A DNA stretch of 63,930 bases, counting the filler, from Sandaracinaceae bacterium (GTDB lineage: Bacteria > Myxococcota_A > Polyangia > Polyangiales > JADJQN01), in the NCBI GenBank assembly GCA_947483975.1. It is 4 parts of 4 records of this genome, joined end to end, with 100 filler letters (N's around TTAATTAATTAA, not from the genome) between each part and the next. Parts side by side here need not be neighbours in the genome. Positions count along the whole stretch, not along the records: positions 49,379 to 63,930 come from CANKOL010000109.1; 3 more parts are not named here. One strand, given 5' to 3'. The notes beneath the pieces were generated by a model, which was given only the letters and a program-made list of their open reading frames with translations, did no database searches and was not told where the DNA came from. This document shows, piece after piece, positions 63,220 through 63,930 of this stretch. Both the position numbers and the translations under genes were made by a program. Position 1 is the stretch's first letter; every line of letters starts with the position of its first letter.

Positions 63220-63310
63220 TCTGGTCGCGCACGCCCCGCCTGCGCGCTGTTTTCTACGTCGCTCAGTATTTTCAACGTCGCTCAGTTTTCACGCAGGGAG
63301 TAACGACGAG

Positions 63311-63930
63311 ATGGCCGAGCAGAAGGAAAGCTCCGTTCTCTTCAACCTCAAGGAATTGATGAGCCTCGAAGAGGACCGCATCAAGACCGAGGATGACGAC
63401 CGCAAGCGCAGTGAGGAAGATGCGCTGCGGAAGAAGGAAGCGGAGGAGCGCGCCAAGCGCGAGGCCGAGGAAGCGACTCTGCGGGCCGCCGAGCAGGCTG
63501 TGGCCGCGGAAGAGCGCCGCAAGCGCGAAGAGATCGAGCGCAAGCAGCGCGAGAAGGAAGAGGGCGAGCTGCGCGTTCGGCTGGAAGCCGAGCAGCGCGC
63601 ACGTCAGGCGGAGCAGGAGCGCCTCCTCACGCACGAGCGCGAGATGCAGACGATCGCCTCCAAGAAGAAGGGCGGCATTCACCCTGCGTTCCTCGCGGTC
63701 GCGGCGGTGCTGCTGATCGGCGTCAGCGTCGGCGTCTACGTGGGCGTGATCAAGCCGTCACAGGAAGCGGCTGCGAAGCAGGCCGCGGATGCGGCGACAG
63801 CGCGTCTCGAGGCGGCTTCGGCTGCGCGACGCGCGACTGAAGAGGCGGCTCGTCAGGCGGCGGAGCTCGAGGCGACGCGCCGCGCGGCGGCCGCCGAGGT
63901 GCAACGCCACGCGGAGGAGCTCGCTGCGCA
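63311..63930 (+). CDS. Coiled-coil single-pass membrane protein, 3'-partial (absent from the ORF track)
   Basis: AGGGAG RBS; MAEQKESSVLFNLKELMSLEEDRIK, E/R/K-rich coil, TM (FLAVAAVLLIGVSVGVYV), Ala-rich coil; no stop before the window end. Confidence 0.85.
   Translation, partial: MAEQKESSVLFNLKELMSLEEDRIKTEDDDRKRSEEDALRKKEAEERAKREAEEATLRAAEQAVAAEERRKREEIERKQREKEEGELRVRLEAEQRARQAEQERLLTHEREMQTIASKKKGGIHPAFLAVAAVLLIGVSVGVYVGVIKPSQEAAAKQAADAATARLEAASAARRATEEAARQAAELEATRRAAAAEVQRHAEELAA

Noticed and set aside
1..63930. tRNA, rRNA, transposase, integrase, phage or defence genes
   Set aside because: None recognised by eye; small RNAs could be missed without covariance searches.

Overview
Very GC-rich bacterial DNA, inferred to be Myxococcota (Polyangiales-like) from PEGA, MYXO-CTERM-like, AgmX/TonB_C-like and Ser/Thr kinase content. 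It is not one locus. Four contigs (1-16416, 16517-32930, 33031-49278, 49379-63930) are joined by artificial 100-nt N44-TTAATTAATTAA-N44 linkers, so adjacency across linkers is meaningless. Contig 1: a 5'-truncated TPR-GAF-sigma54 activator, small lipoproteins, a LysM-DUF882 peptidase, and a type IV pilus cluster (XRE-pilMNOP ... pilQ) split by an antisense CASTOR/POLLUX-like ion-channel gene. Contig 2: mostly core genes (metallophosphoesterase, MerR, divergent folE, ribA, HIT, prfA, DUF1385, rpmE, acyP) plus a run of a T3SS needle-like protein, a small hypothetical and two PEGA proteins. Contig 3: a lipase-like protein, a 122-bp MITE-like element, an Rv1683-like hydrolase/acyl-CoA-synthetase fusion, and a ~10-kb Arn/Gtr-like amino-sugar modification cluster with four methyltransferases and an ATP-grasp enzyme. 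Contig 4: kinases, two rhodanese lipoproteins, an orphan PAS histidine kinase, and the best candidate for an undescribed system. That run encodes a pseudokinase-GYF-TonB_C protein coupled to an orphan SctJ ring lipoprotein, then an Mce/Mla transporter with two permeases and two ATPases whose motif defects map to the same composite ATP site. All calls come from reading motifs by eye; no database searches were run, so novelty is unverified.
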